This document shows, piece by piece, positions 13,899 through 24,943 of a stretch of DNA of 64,000 nt. Origin of the DNA: Eledone cirrhosa (Eukaryota); the NCBI GenBank assembly GCA_964016885.1, contig OZ024742.1:281232001-281296000 (forward strand). The letters run 5' to 3'. The first letter of the stretch is position 1, and each line of letters begins with the position of its first letter. The notes under the pieces are model-generated. The model had not been told where the DNA came from, ran no database searches, and saw only the letters and a program-made list of their open reading frames with translations. A program made the position numbers and the translations under genes.

Positions 13899-14484
13899 AA
13901 TTTTAGTACAGCATTAACGAAGCTTTAGTTTGCGGCCAAGCTAACGAATGCAAATTCGGTATGTAGTATTAGCATTCGAATGGGAATAGTACCCCAGAGT
14001 AATAACAATACGTTTAGACAGTTTAGCAAATAAAATATAGCGATCGGCAGTCCAGCCGCATTACCACAGCAACGAAAATACAGGACTCAGGTAAAGATTT
14101 TAGACTGACCTGGACAGAACGCTGGGACGGAATGCACCAAATAATGCATATCGTATAGCACATGATATACATCACATATAGCACACAACATCAGCGCTAG
14201 ATTTCTGCAAATCCAAGATCGACAAATTCCGCTTGCAGGGGTCTGCAAGTTAATGGTTTTTGGAGACAGAACAAATGATTTACTTCTTCAGCAAGTCTTG
14301 TGTTCTTTAGCCTCTAAATTTCGCTATAGACACGTGGCTTTCTCCAAGGGAGGTAACCCTCGCTTTTGCGGTGAATTCAAATTTGAGACAAAGGAATAAA
14401 ATTCCTTTAGACAAACCGAATTAAGCACTCAACCAGAAGTTATCAAACAAAAATAAACAATTAATCAATCAATAGAATCATCTA

Positions 14485-14515
<31 letters not shown>

Positions 14516-14983
14516 CTCCTTAACTGTAGAGCTAATTTTTAGTCCCATATAAACGGCTGTTATTTCTAGCACTGGGAGTATGGGATGGCTAGTATAGCTG
14601 GTAATACCACGTGTAAATCAGTCCTACAAAATCTTTGGAGGTGAAATGTACTAATTTTACTGGATTCCTGTTGATAAGCACAGAAGATACGAATATTTCA
14701 CTTTTTATATTTCAATTTTTTTATATTCAATATTTATACCATCGTTGCGAAACATATTTAGGTTTCGAAGTTCAAATTCATCTACGGAGCAGGTTTGGAT
14801 TTTGAAATTTAAATTTGTCCAGGAATAACGGCTTTTGCCAATATAAGCTTGTCTTTATTGACTTATATCGAGACAGACAAATTGTATTCATTTTAATTAG
14901 TTTATTTCATTCTAGCTAACTTTGTCTCTTACAATACAAACACTTATGTGTTTATCATATATTAATATTAATATATATTAACT

Positions 14984-15024
<41 letters not shown>

Positions 15025-15226
15025 CTACGTTTTCATTGAGTTCAAGCTTTCATTGACTTTTAGTTTTAGTTTTATCTATATGTTAAAAAACTTCATTTGT
15101 TGATATAAGATGAAAAATTTGAAACTATTTTACATGCAGTACTTGTATTCAGTAATGCACTGGGTAATTGCTGGCCTTGTGCCTAAAGTAGAAACAATTA
15201 TTTGTATTACGAAATTATTTGTATTA

Positions 15227-15408
15227 CGGTGAATCGGCAGTATCGGTAGAGGATCGGAATGCTTTCCAGCATAGTTACATCCCTTTACGATCTGAGTTCA
15301 AATCCCGCCGAGGTTAACTTTGCCTTTCATCCATACGGGTCGAAAAATAAAATACCAGTAATGTACTGGGTAATTTGTGGCCATGCGCCAACAGTAGAAA
15401 CAATTATT
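15227..15408 (+). mobile_element. tRNA-derived SINE, preceded by an isolated SINE tail at 15151-15202
   Basis: B box GAGTTCAAATCCC, central domain and tail as at 6163-6355. Confidence 0.85.
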
Positions 15409-15584
15409 TGTTTTACGAAGCGAGTTTTATCGAAAAAAGTTTTAATCATTCTTTAGTATATGCTATCAATATGAAAAGTGAAGATTCGGCACTAAATTAT
15501 CAATATGTAGACTCCTAACAGACACACTTGTCATAAACAGTTAGCATCTTAGACCATAACACGTTTCTCTTATACTAGTTATAA

Positions 15585-15793
15585 TTAATTTATATCTTGA
15601 AATGAACATCACAAAACCCCATGCGCATGTCAGTGAATATAAACATGACCTCCTTCCTGTTCCATATATATGGAACAGGAAGTAAGAGTCATTTACATTC
15701 ACTATATATATGGGACCGGAAGGGGCATCATATTTACATCCACTCACATGCGCATGAGAATTTGTGATGTTCATTTCATGATATCATTTAATT
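15585..15793. repeat. Nested fold-back (inverted repeat) element
   Basis: Outer arms TGAAATGAACATCACAAA..CATGCGCATGT / ACATGCGCATG..TTTGTGATGTTCATTTCA. Inner perfect palindrome CTTCCTGTTCCATATATATGGAACAGGAAG (15653-15682). Confidence 0.8.
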
Positions 15794-16573
15794 TTAAATT
15801 TATATATATGTATACATACCTGTAAATATACCGGAAAAAGAAGGTGAAATGCAATTTCTTCCAAGCGTAGATGATTTTCAAATGTTAAGTGAGATAGCGG
15901 AACGTGTTTCTATGAGGTGACGTATTCGTATCTGACATTTCGAATGATTATAAATATCATTTAATTTTATTTAATATTATTTATTTATTTATTACTTGTT
16001 GTCTGATTCCCATTCATATTCACACGTAGCAGAAAACCAAAAGGAACATTTTACAGACACATACATACACACACAAATAATCTTCCTATACACAAAAGAA
16101 ATTCCTTGGGGATTGCAACAACCAAATATATAGACAGATGTGACTCTTAAGTCAATAAAATAAATAATAATTCATTATGAAATAGCCACTGAATCACGAC
16201 ACTTCCAATTTTTCGTGGAAAATCTAGTAGAAAAATTCTATTTCTAATCACCATCCCATTAGTGCTTGGCGCACAAAAACTACACAACTCTAAACATAAT
16301 CACTAAGACCTTCCATATGTACTTTAAAAGATAGCAATCTGAGCTGCGTTTTTTGCTTAAAACGGAAGAATTTGTTCCCGAAATTTCGATGCGGGACACA
16401 TCACCTCATAGCAACACACCTCTCCATTTCACTTAATTTTTCATGATCATTCAAACATAAAATTGGTATAATCATTATTAGTAACTCTTCTTCAAAACAA
16501 AATTGTATTTTCGTCTCCATTTTCTAATATGTTTTCTCGTGTGGGATATGAAAAAATTACTTTCTGATATATG

Positions 16574-16678
<105 letters not shown>

Positions 16679-16726
16679 TTATATATATATATATTTATTT
16701 ATTTATTTATTAAAATAACAGATTAA

Positions 16727-16777
16727 AGTTTTAGCAAAGAATCGCTGCTTTCACCTTTAACGGGATCTTCTGAAACT
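16727..16777 (-). ncRNA. Hammerhead ribozyme-like motif (type I, A4 variant)
   Basis: Minus strand reads agttt-CAGAAGA-TCC-cgttaaa-GGT-GAAA-GCA-gcgattctt-TGC-T-A-aaact. All three helices can pair. Confidence 0.6.
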
Positions 16778-17026
16778 AAAAAAAATCAATCTGGGAAACG
16801 CAGAAGTAAATATTTCGAAAAACGTTGCAACCGAAGTAAAACAGGAAGGTGATATTTCGGTTCGTGAAGACGTTCCCTGGCAATGAACGGAAAAAAGCGA
16901 AGATAATACGTCATTATGTGGAGCGTGGAGAACAATTACACGCAAAGACAAAATCACGTTTAAGGTATGAATGAAGTCGTAGACTAATATTCTATTTAAG
17001 AAACCTCTCGGATTCAGAGTTAAGAA

Positions 17027-17320
17027 TAATTGTTTCTAATTTAGGCACAAGGCCAGCAATTACCCAGTGCATTACTGGTACTTTATTTTATCGACCCCGT
17101 AAGGATGAAAGGCAAAGTCAACCTCGGCGGGATTTGGACTCAGATCGTAAAGGGACGTAACTATGCTTAAGAATAATTGTTTCTACTTTAGGCACAGGGC
17201 CAGCAATTACCCAGTGCATTACTGGTACTTTATTTTATCGACCCCGTAAGGATGAAAGGCAAAGTCAACCTCGGCGGGATTTGAACTCAGATCGTAAAGG
17301 GACGTAACTATGCTTAAGAA
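17027..17320 (-). mobile_element. Tandem pair of 5'-truncated SINE copies
   Basis: Two near-identical units of about 146 bp, each ending GGGACGTAACTATGCTTAAGAATAATT. Confidence 0.85.
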
Positions 17321-17981
17321 TAATTTAAATAAATTAGTAGAACGAAAATGACAGATGTTATTGAAATCCACAATAATTAAATATATACATTCATGCATCC
17401 TTATAGGTACATACTAATGCATACACGAAAACACCCGCCATGCTGGCATATACAAACACGTACAAATAAATACGCGCACACATACATAAACCCGCGCGAC
17501 ACCTGTACCCGCACACATACGAACATATACAACAAATACACATAAAAATATATATATGGGTGTGTGTAGATACATATAATTATATAAACGTATATAAATA
17601 AACACACATAAATACGTATATAACACACGCACACACATACCTACAGGTAAATACACATATGTTCACTAAACGTACGTCAACCAAAACACGAAGCACATAT
17701 ACACACCTTACGTACGTGGAAACACGCATACACACACAAACAAAAAATACACATGTAAACATAACCATATACATATGTACCAGTATATATAATTTAATAT
17801 ATACACCTATAACAAATACAAGCAAATATACGTACGAGAAAGTATACGTACCTTCGCAAAACATACGGGTAAGGTATATTTACCTATACAAATAAGTAAT
17901 GGTATAAACATAAAATATACTTATCTACCACATCAAGACGTAAAATTATCCGCGTATTGTTCGTTATATATATATATATAT

Positions 17982-18290
17982 ATTAATAAGAGGAATTCCA
18001 ACTTTGTCTGATTTACTCGTTTTATTTACAATCCTTTAAAATTTATAATGGTATTATAATGAAATAGTATGATAGAATATTAAATGTTAAGTGTTAATTG
18101 AACAAGTACTTTCATGCTTTCGCAATCTTCAGGTTCATAATGTGTGGTGACAGTCAAGTTTGCAATTTTCAACTGTTGAAAATTGAAAACTTGACTGTCA
18201 CCACTATAATTATCATACCATTATAAATTTTAAAGGATTGTAAATAAAACGAGTAAATCAGACAAAGTTGGAATTCCTCTTATTAATATA
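17982..18290. mobile_element. MITE-sized fold-back element with a central hammerhead
   Basis: About 75-bp near-perfect terminal inverted repeats (TTAATAAGAGGAATTCCAACTTTGTCTG...), an internal hairpin at 18144-18203, and (TA)n on the left. Confidence 0.8.
18099..18137 (-). ncRNA. Minimal type I hammerhead ribozyme motif
   Basis: Minus strand reads tgaac-CTGAAGA-TTGC-gaaa-GCAT-GAAA-GTAC-T-T-gttca: 5-bp helix I, GNRA-capped helix II, palindromic helix III. Confidence 0.85.
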
Positions 18291-18469
18291 ATCTTCTATA
18301 CACAATCATACACACCCGTGTATATTTATCTATCTATCTATATATATATACATGGGTATTTATTTATGTCTAATATTTCTTCTTACTTTATAATATATAT
18401 ATATATATATATATATTATAAAGTAAGAAGAAATATTAGACATAAATAAATACCCCTTTTTTCTTCAAA

Positions 18470-18559
18470 TTCCCGACTACAGTTTCGTGGCTACTATGCA
18501 AAAACCCTATATCATAGAGATGTAACATTTTTGTGAGGTAGGTCAACTTTTCAAGGGAA
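18470..18559 (-). ncRNA. Hammerhead motif, U3-A8 variant (copy A; copy B at 19059-19148 minus)
   Basis: Minus strand reads ttccc-TTGAAAA-gttgacctac...gtagccac-GAAA-CTGTAG-TC-gggaa. Confidence 0.6.
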
Positions 18560-19321
18560 AACCTCAGGGAAAAATTTCAAAACATCTCTGCGTCGCGCGA
18601 GAGAATCTCGAAAAGGCGGAGGGAAACACTATCACGTGATACAGTGGTCAAGAAATGGCATTATGTCCCTTGTATCATTGAAAATATCACAGAAGGCGGA
18701 GGGGATATTAATATGATACAGAGGTTACAGAAGGGTGGTAAGGAAGACTAGAAGTGTATATAGTATTAGCTTGAAAGCAGACACTATACTTCCGCGGTTA
18801 CTCTACCGTAAAGGAGTTATAGACAATAATGATAGGTACATAAATATATGTGTATACATAAATATACATGCATATATACACATACAATTTTCACAAGTAT
18901 GTGAGATTGTGTATTGTCGACCTTAACCAGTGTTGCTCTATGACTATGAGAGACAAGATAATCGGAATAATTAAATTGACTCTATATCAGAGCTATGTAA
19001 TATATTATGAAGTAAGAAGAAATATTAGACATAAATAAATACCCCTTTTTACTTCAAATTCCCGACTACAGTTTCGTGGCTACTATGCAAAAATCCTATA
19101 TCATAGAGATGTAACATTTTTGTGAGGTAGGCCAACTTTTCAAGGCAACACCACAGGGAAAAATTTCAAAACAGGTCTGCATCGCGCGAGAGAATCTCGA
19201 AAAGTCGGGTGGAAACACTGTCACGTGATACAGTGGTCAAGAAATTGGATTATGTCCCTTGTAGCCTTTTCGAGATTCTCTCGCGCGATGCAGACCTGTT
19301 TTGAAATTTTTCACTGAGGTG

Positions 19322-19413
19322 TTCCCTTGAAAAGTCGGCATACCTCACAAAAATGTTAGATCTCTATGATATAGGATTTTTGCATAGTAGCCACGAAACT
19401 GTACAGTCGGGAA
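19322..19413 (+). ncRNA. Hammerhead motif, U3-A8 variant (copy C)
   Basis: ttccc-TTGAAAA-gtcggcatac...gtagccac-GAAA-CTGTACAG-TC-gggaa. Helix III ACTGTACAGT is a perfect palindrome. Confidence 0.65.
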
Positions 19414-19717
19414 TTTGAAGAAAAAATTAGTATTTTTTATGTCTAATATTTCTTCTTACTTTATAATATATTGCATAGCTCTACTATAGAGTTAATTTAA
19501 TTATTCCGATTATCTTGTTCTCATAATCATAGAGCAACACTGTTTAAGGTCGACAACACACAATCTCACATACTTGTGAAAAATGTATGTGTAAATATGC
19601 ATGTATATGTATGTATACACATATATTTGTGTACCTCTCATTATTGTGTGTGTGTATATATATATATATATAGTGACGAAACAAAAGTCAATTGCATCAA
19701 CTCATAATCCTTTATTT

Positions 19718-19773
19718 ACTGCTATATATATTTCGATGATACCCATTGAATGGCTATGACCTCATCAGGCAGT
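19718..19773 (-). ncRNA. Type I hammerhead ribozyme motif
   Basis: Minus strand reads actgc-CTGATGA-GGTCATAGCCAT-tca-ATGGGTATCATC-GAAA-TATATA-T-A-gcagt, followed by AATAAA. Confidence 0.85.
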
Positions 19774-19840
19774 TACTCAGTTCTTAGATATGCCAGCTCT
19801 GTGTTTATAGTGTTGATGGTATCGAGCCTTATATGCATAT

Positions 19841-19925
<85 letters not shown>

Positions 19926-20184
19926 TATAAGGCTCGACACCGTAAGTTCAGGTCACATTGGTTGTATTGGATATCAGTAAATCTTCAATTTTATTGTTCG
20001 TTTCTCCTATAAAAAATATACATATATCTATGACTCATTTGTAGATAGCAACAAAATATTGATACATTTTAACATACATTATTCATCTTATAGCAAATAA
20101 TTTTAGCCAATCATTAGCGTGTAGAATATCAATCATAGAAGGCAAATCTCAGCAGAAAGATGTAAAGACTTTACAAAGATAAGC

Positions 20185-20334
<150 letters not shown>

Positions 20335-21595
20335 CGTGCGTGCGTGTGTGTTTGTGTGCGTGTGTGTGTGTGTGTTAACATACATGCGGGTCTGTGTATA
20401 TGTATGAAATTATATATAGACACAAGCAATGGTGAAATTTAGAGAGTCTTGAGTTTCATCCTTATCACCATATGCACGTGAAAATAGGCCCTCTGATACC
20501 TTTCAGTGACATTTCGTTTATTCAACCAAAACTATGCTTGCAATATTGGGTAATGAACTTCACAAAGCTGGTGCATCGAAGAGAATTATGAATCCAAACG
20601 TTTAAGTATACATTAATATCTGCTTATTGTTGTTATTTTATTTATTTTTTTTGTTATGAAAGCAACAATGTGGTTAAAACTTATCATCAGCATAAACACG
20701 TATCTCTCATTTACTCCTAGTTAGACAATGCTCATACTTATATATTTTTTAATGAAAATATATAATTGCGACAGGTGCGTGTTTGTGTATGTAAATATGT
20801 CTGTGTGCGCGTGTGCATGTGTGTATGTGTGTGCCTATATCTTTCCTCAATTTACATAATGGAAACCAGCGACACTCCCTTATCACTATTCTCAACGTCT
20901 GAAAATGCAACGAATCAATAATTTTTTGATTTCTCGAAATCAACGACGCTATTGTTCACAACTTACGATATAAAATAGGGGGGGGGGGGGGGGTGAATCT
21001 AAATGAATAAATAAGTATGACCAAATATTTAAATAATTTATATCTTTAATACGGAATGATTTAAGAAAATGGAGTCAATTGTTTCCAGCATTTATCGTCG
21101 TTCAACACTTTTTCTAAATTGAATATATATCGATCATAGCATTGCTTTACACAGAATATTTAGCTGAAAACACATATATATTATACTGAGATCGATACAT
21201 CCATAGTTCCGTCTATACCAAATGAAATAAATCAATATAGTGAGATCGAATGGGTCAAGTATTTTTCTGCTTTACAAACGATACATATTTTTTTTTGTTT
21301 CCAATTAAGAAACGAACATTAAGAGAAATATACCAATTACCAGTGTACTGCAAAAATTTCATGAATTTAGCAAATTTTCCCTAAGTCTCATTCATAGATC
21401 AAACATTCATAATATTTATAAAGAATACTAAAATTTTCCAGGTATGGATATCACCCTGTCGTCACTCTTTGATCTGATAATTCTGTCTATTTCGAATACA
21501 AAAAGGCTGAGTGTGGTATACATAAATGCATACATTTATAAATGTATACATACATACATACGTACATACATACATACATACATACATACATACAT

Positions 21596-21785
21596 AATTG
21601 TTTCTACTTTTGGCACAAGGCCAGCAATTACCCAGTGCATTACTGGTACTTTATTTTATCGACCCCGTAAGGATGAAAGGCAAAGTTAACCTCGGCGGAA
21701 TTTGAACTCAGAATGGCAAGGACCGTAACTCTATGCGCCAAAGTGTGGCGTCCGACCCTCTACCGATGCTGCTAATCCACCTCCC
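21596..21785 (-). mobile_element. tRNA-derived SINE, near full length
   Basis: Reverse complement of the 6163-6355 family. Confidence 0.85.
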
Positions 21786-22446
21786 TATACATACATAATG
21801 ACTGCATCTCAGTTTCGAGAATTACCATCACTTTACCTTTTTTCTCATACACTGCTAGCAATATAGTTTAGCCTCCAAGGGCTTAGATTCGTTTTGCATA
21901 TGCTGCAGCGAAAGGAAAAAGTAAAGGCCATGCTCAGGCAATACACGTGAAAGTCGTTTTGATCAAGTGATGCCTGCGCTTGAATCTTTTATAAGTGAAG
22001 AAAGGCCTCCCACTATAACAATCCCACTCTCTGAACAAAGATGATAGGTATAAAAAAAATAAAAAGAAAAGAACAAGTGAACATCATTGGCTGCCATCGA
22101 GTCACAGGCTTTACGCAAGAGTTCTCCTCCTAGAATGAAGTCTTAATAAGACCTAGCGTCTCTTACGTCTGGTTGACTAACTACCTACTCAGGTACCACA
22201 CCGAGCATTTCCATGTCCCCATACATATATACATACATATTTTAATCTGATGTAGCACCAATTTACTGCCTAATGCTGCGGAATATAAAACCTGTACGCA
22301 ATTCACATATATTGAGTTCCCAGTCAGTTTAAGAGTCCTTGGTACGTTAAACCGTGTAAAGATTATGTCAATATATATATTTATATATATATAAGTGTGT
22401 ATGTGTGTGTGCGTGTATGTGTGTGCGTATGTGTGTGTGCGTGCGC

Positions 22447-22515
<69 letters not shown>

Positions 22516-23204
22516 CGAGTATGTGTGCGTGTATGTGTGCATTGAAACCGGACACCGGAATTTAGTTGCAAGTTCCTATTGATGCCATACTATTCGATTT
22601 TTTTACTGTATTGTCAGGAAGAGAAGGACAATGTGCTTGAACATTTAAAGGGCTTCCGAAAACAATTGACAACTAATTCTTGTAGAAGCAAGTTATCACA
22701 TAGGGGATAGTCATACGCTTGTGTGACCCACTCTTACCAAAATATGCCAGTCCTATAAATCATTATAGATTTGATGGAGAGCTAGCCAAGAAAACATTGT
22801 TACAATCTACGTTGTTATTAATACTAATGTAACCGAGGTATTTGAAATTTTTGTTTAAGTTCCAATTACTTTCATCAATTAGTAACTGTTTTTAATTAAT
22901 TACTAGCTTTCAGTATGAGTGTGATAATTGTCGGTTTACTATTATGCAATACTCAAATCTTTCATTTATAATGAAGGAATTTTTGGTAGAAATCTTTATA
23001 GGATTATTCTAATATCAACATTGTTATTTCATACTAATCGCCTTACATTCACCGTATTATATGTTGCAATCGTTGCTTGTAAATGCATGGTGAGGCAGCC
23101 AAGACTATATATATATATATATATACAATTCCACACATATGCATGTAGTATATATTTATGCATATTCATTCACTAACCAGCCAACATGGTTATTTTAATG
23201 TCTT

Positions 23205-23460
23205 CCAACGCTGGACAGACAGACCAGTGAAGTTGTTCGGGGTTTTATTTTGGCCAAAACTTAAGTTGGATAAGAATCGGGACTAGGTTGCCACTCTTAC
23301 CCTGAAATGGGCCCAGAGGAAGCTGTTCCTGAAAGGCCGAGTGGAGCTTGCAAGCGCGTACATTGCGTCCTTCATCTATGACCGTCATGTATGACCGTCG
23401 TGCCTTGCTCACATTTTCGGCCCATCAACTTGGAAGGTCTGCACTTCAACATCTTGTGGA
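23205..23460 (+). pseudogene. Decayed Tx1/L1-like ORF2 fragment
   Basis: Translates RWTDRPVKLFGV...TLKWAQRKLFLKGRVELASAYIASFIY, matching RWTDGPVKLLGV...TQKWAERKLSLKGRAEVANAYIASVI in 24944-28363. Confidence 0.8.
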
Positions 23461-23477
23461 AGTAGAGGAGGAAGAGG

Positions 23478-23498
23478 AGCAGCAGCAGCAGCTGTAGC

Positions 23499-23538
<40 letters not shown>

Positions 23539-23575
23539 CTAGTAGTAGTAGTAGTAGCAGAGGCAGCAGCAGCAA

Positions 23576-23632
<57 letters not shown>

Positions 23633-23650
23633 CAGAGGCAGCAGCAGCAA

Positions 23651-23710
<60 letters not shown>

Positions 23711-23712
23711 AA
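23478..23712. repeat. (AGC)n/(AGT)n microsatellite
   Basis: Direct reading. Confidence 0.95.
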
Positions 23713-24611
23713 TCAATAGGAGTAGCAGTTACTAATAATATTTATATGTACATAAAAATAATAGTCCAATAACTACGTGCAATTCCACTATTTATTATAT
23801 ATATACTGTTTTTATACGTTTAATTTTTTGTTAAATGTTATTTTTGAATATTTATTGATTTATTCCAAAACTGTATTATATATATATGTGTGTATGTTTG
23901 TGTGTGTTTGTGTGTGTGTGTGTGTGTGTGTCTGTGTGTGTGTGTGTGTCTGTGTGTGTCTGTGTGTGTGCGTCTGTGTGTGTGTATCATTAATATATTC
24001 ATCTCAAGATGCATACATACGTACATGTAAACCGATATGCATAGATACATACATTCATATGTGTGCGTGTGTTTGTGTGTCATTGTGTGTGTGTGTGTGT
24101 GTGCGTGTGTGTGTGTCTATGTGTGTGTATGTGTGTGTGTAGTATTTCAAATACTCACGCACATATACACATACAGAGACGTATACATACGTGCGCGCGC
24201 ACATATATGTGTGTGTATATATATATATATGTATATGTATATATATATATGTGTGTGTGTGTATATATATTTGTGTGTGTATGTGTGTGTGTGTTTGTGC
24301 GTGTGTGTGTATAAATAAATAAATATAAATATATACATGGAAGGTGTGATAAAAAATTTCATCATAAGATATTGAATGGCAACAATCATCTGAAAAGTAC
24401 ACTTTACACTTTTGAGACTAATATTGCTTTAATATATTAAGAATAAGGAAAAAAATATTATTAATACATCAATAGGTAAATATTAAAAATTATATCCACG
24501 CATCAAAATCTTTCACTTCTTCATCTACACCAGACTTCATCGTAGGGAAAACCTTAGCAAAAAAACATAAATATATTAACAATTTCAATAACAATAACAA
24601 TATATAAGTGT

Positions 24612-24615
24612 AGTA

Positions 24616-24680
<65 letters not shown>
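24612..24680. repeat. (TAA)n tract at the 3' end of the Tx1-like element
   Basis: Direct reading. Further (TAA)n tracts lie at 30698-30757, 35979-36009, 40261-40321 and 50004-50019. Confidence 0.95.
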
Positions 24681-24682
<2 letters not shown>

Positions 24683-24943
24683 TTTCTTTATTAACCACAA
24701 GGGTTTACATAAAGTAGACATTAAGGACAGTGCAGGACAATGCAGGACGGTACAAATGGGCATTTCTGCGTGTAAAAAAAACAAAAACAGAGGATGTAAC
24801 AAAAATAACAATGAAAATAACAATGAAAAATTCCCCAATAGGGGGGAGACTTCGGAGGGACATTTGTGGAGAAAGCCCAGTAAAAAGCCACAATGACCCT
24901 GACCACCAAGGCAAGTGCCCTCTCCCAGTTTTCCACCTTTAGT

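Larger units (their letters stand above)
18354..19645. mobile_element. Composite direct-plus-inverted repeat element with three hammerhead-like motifs
   Basis: Unit 18415-18675 is repeated directly at about 19000-19265. About 18825-19205 is the reverse complement of about 19266-19645. Confidence 0.8.

Noticed and set aside
16861-16902. GTGAAGA-CGTTC..GAACG-GAAA
   Set aside because: Helix II is good, but G3 and the missing helix III/NUH site do not fit a hammerhead.
17027-19645. Repeated units suggesting a CRISPR-like array
   Set aside because: Eukaryotic context; the units are SINE tandems and fold-backs without regular unique spacers.
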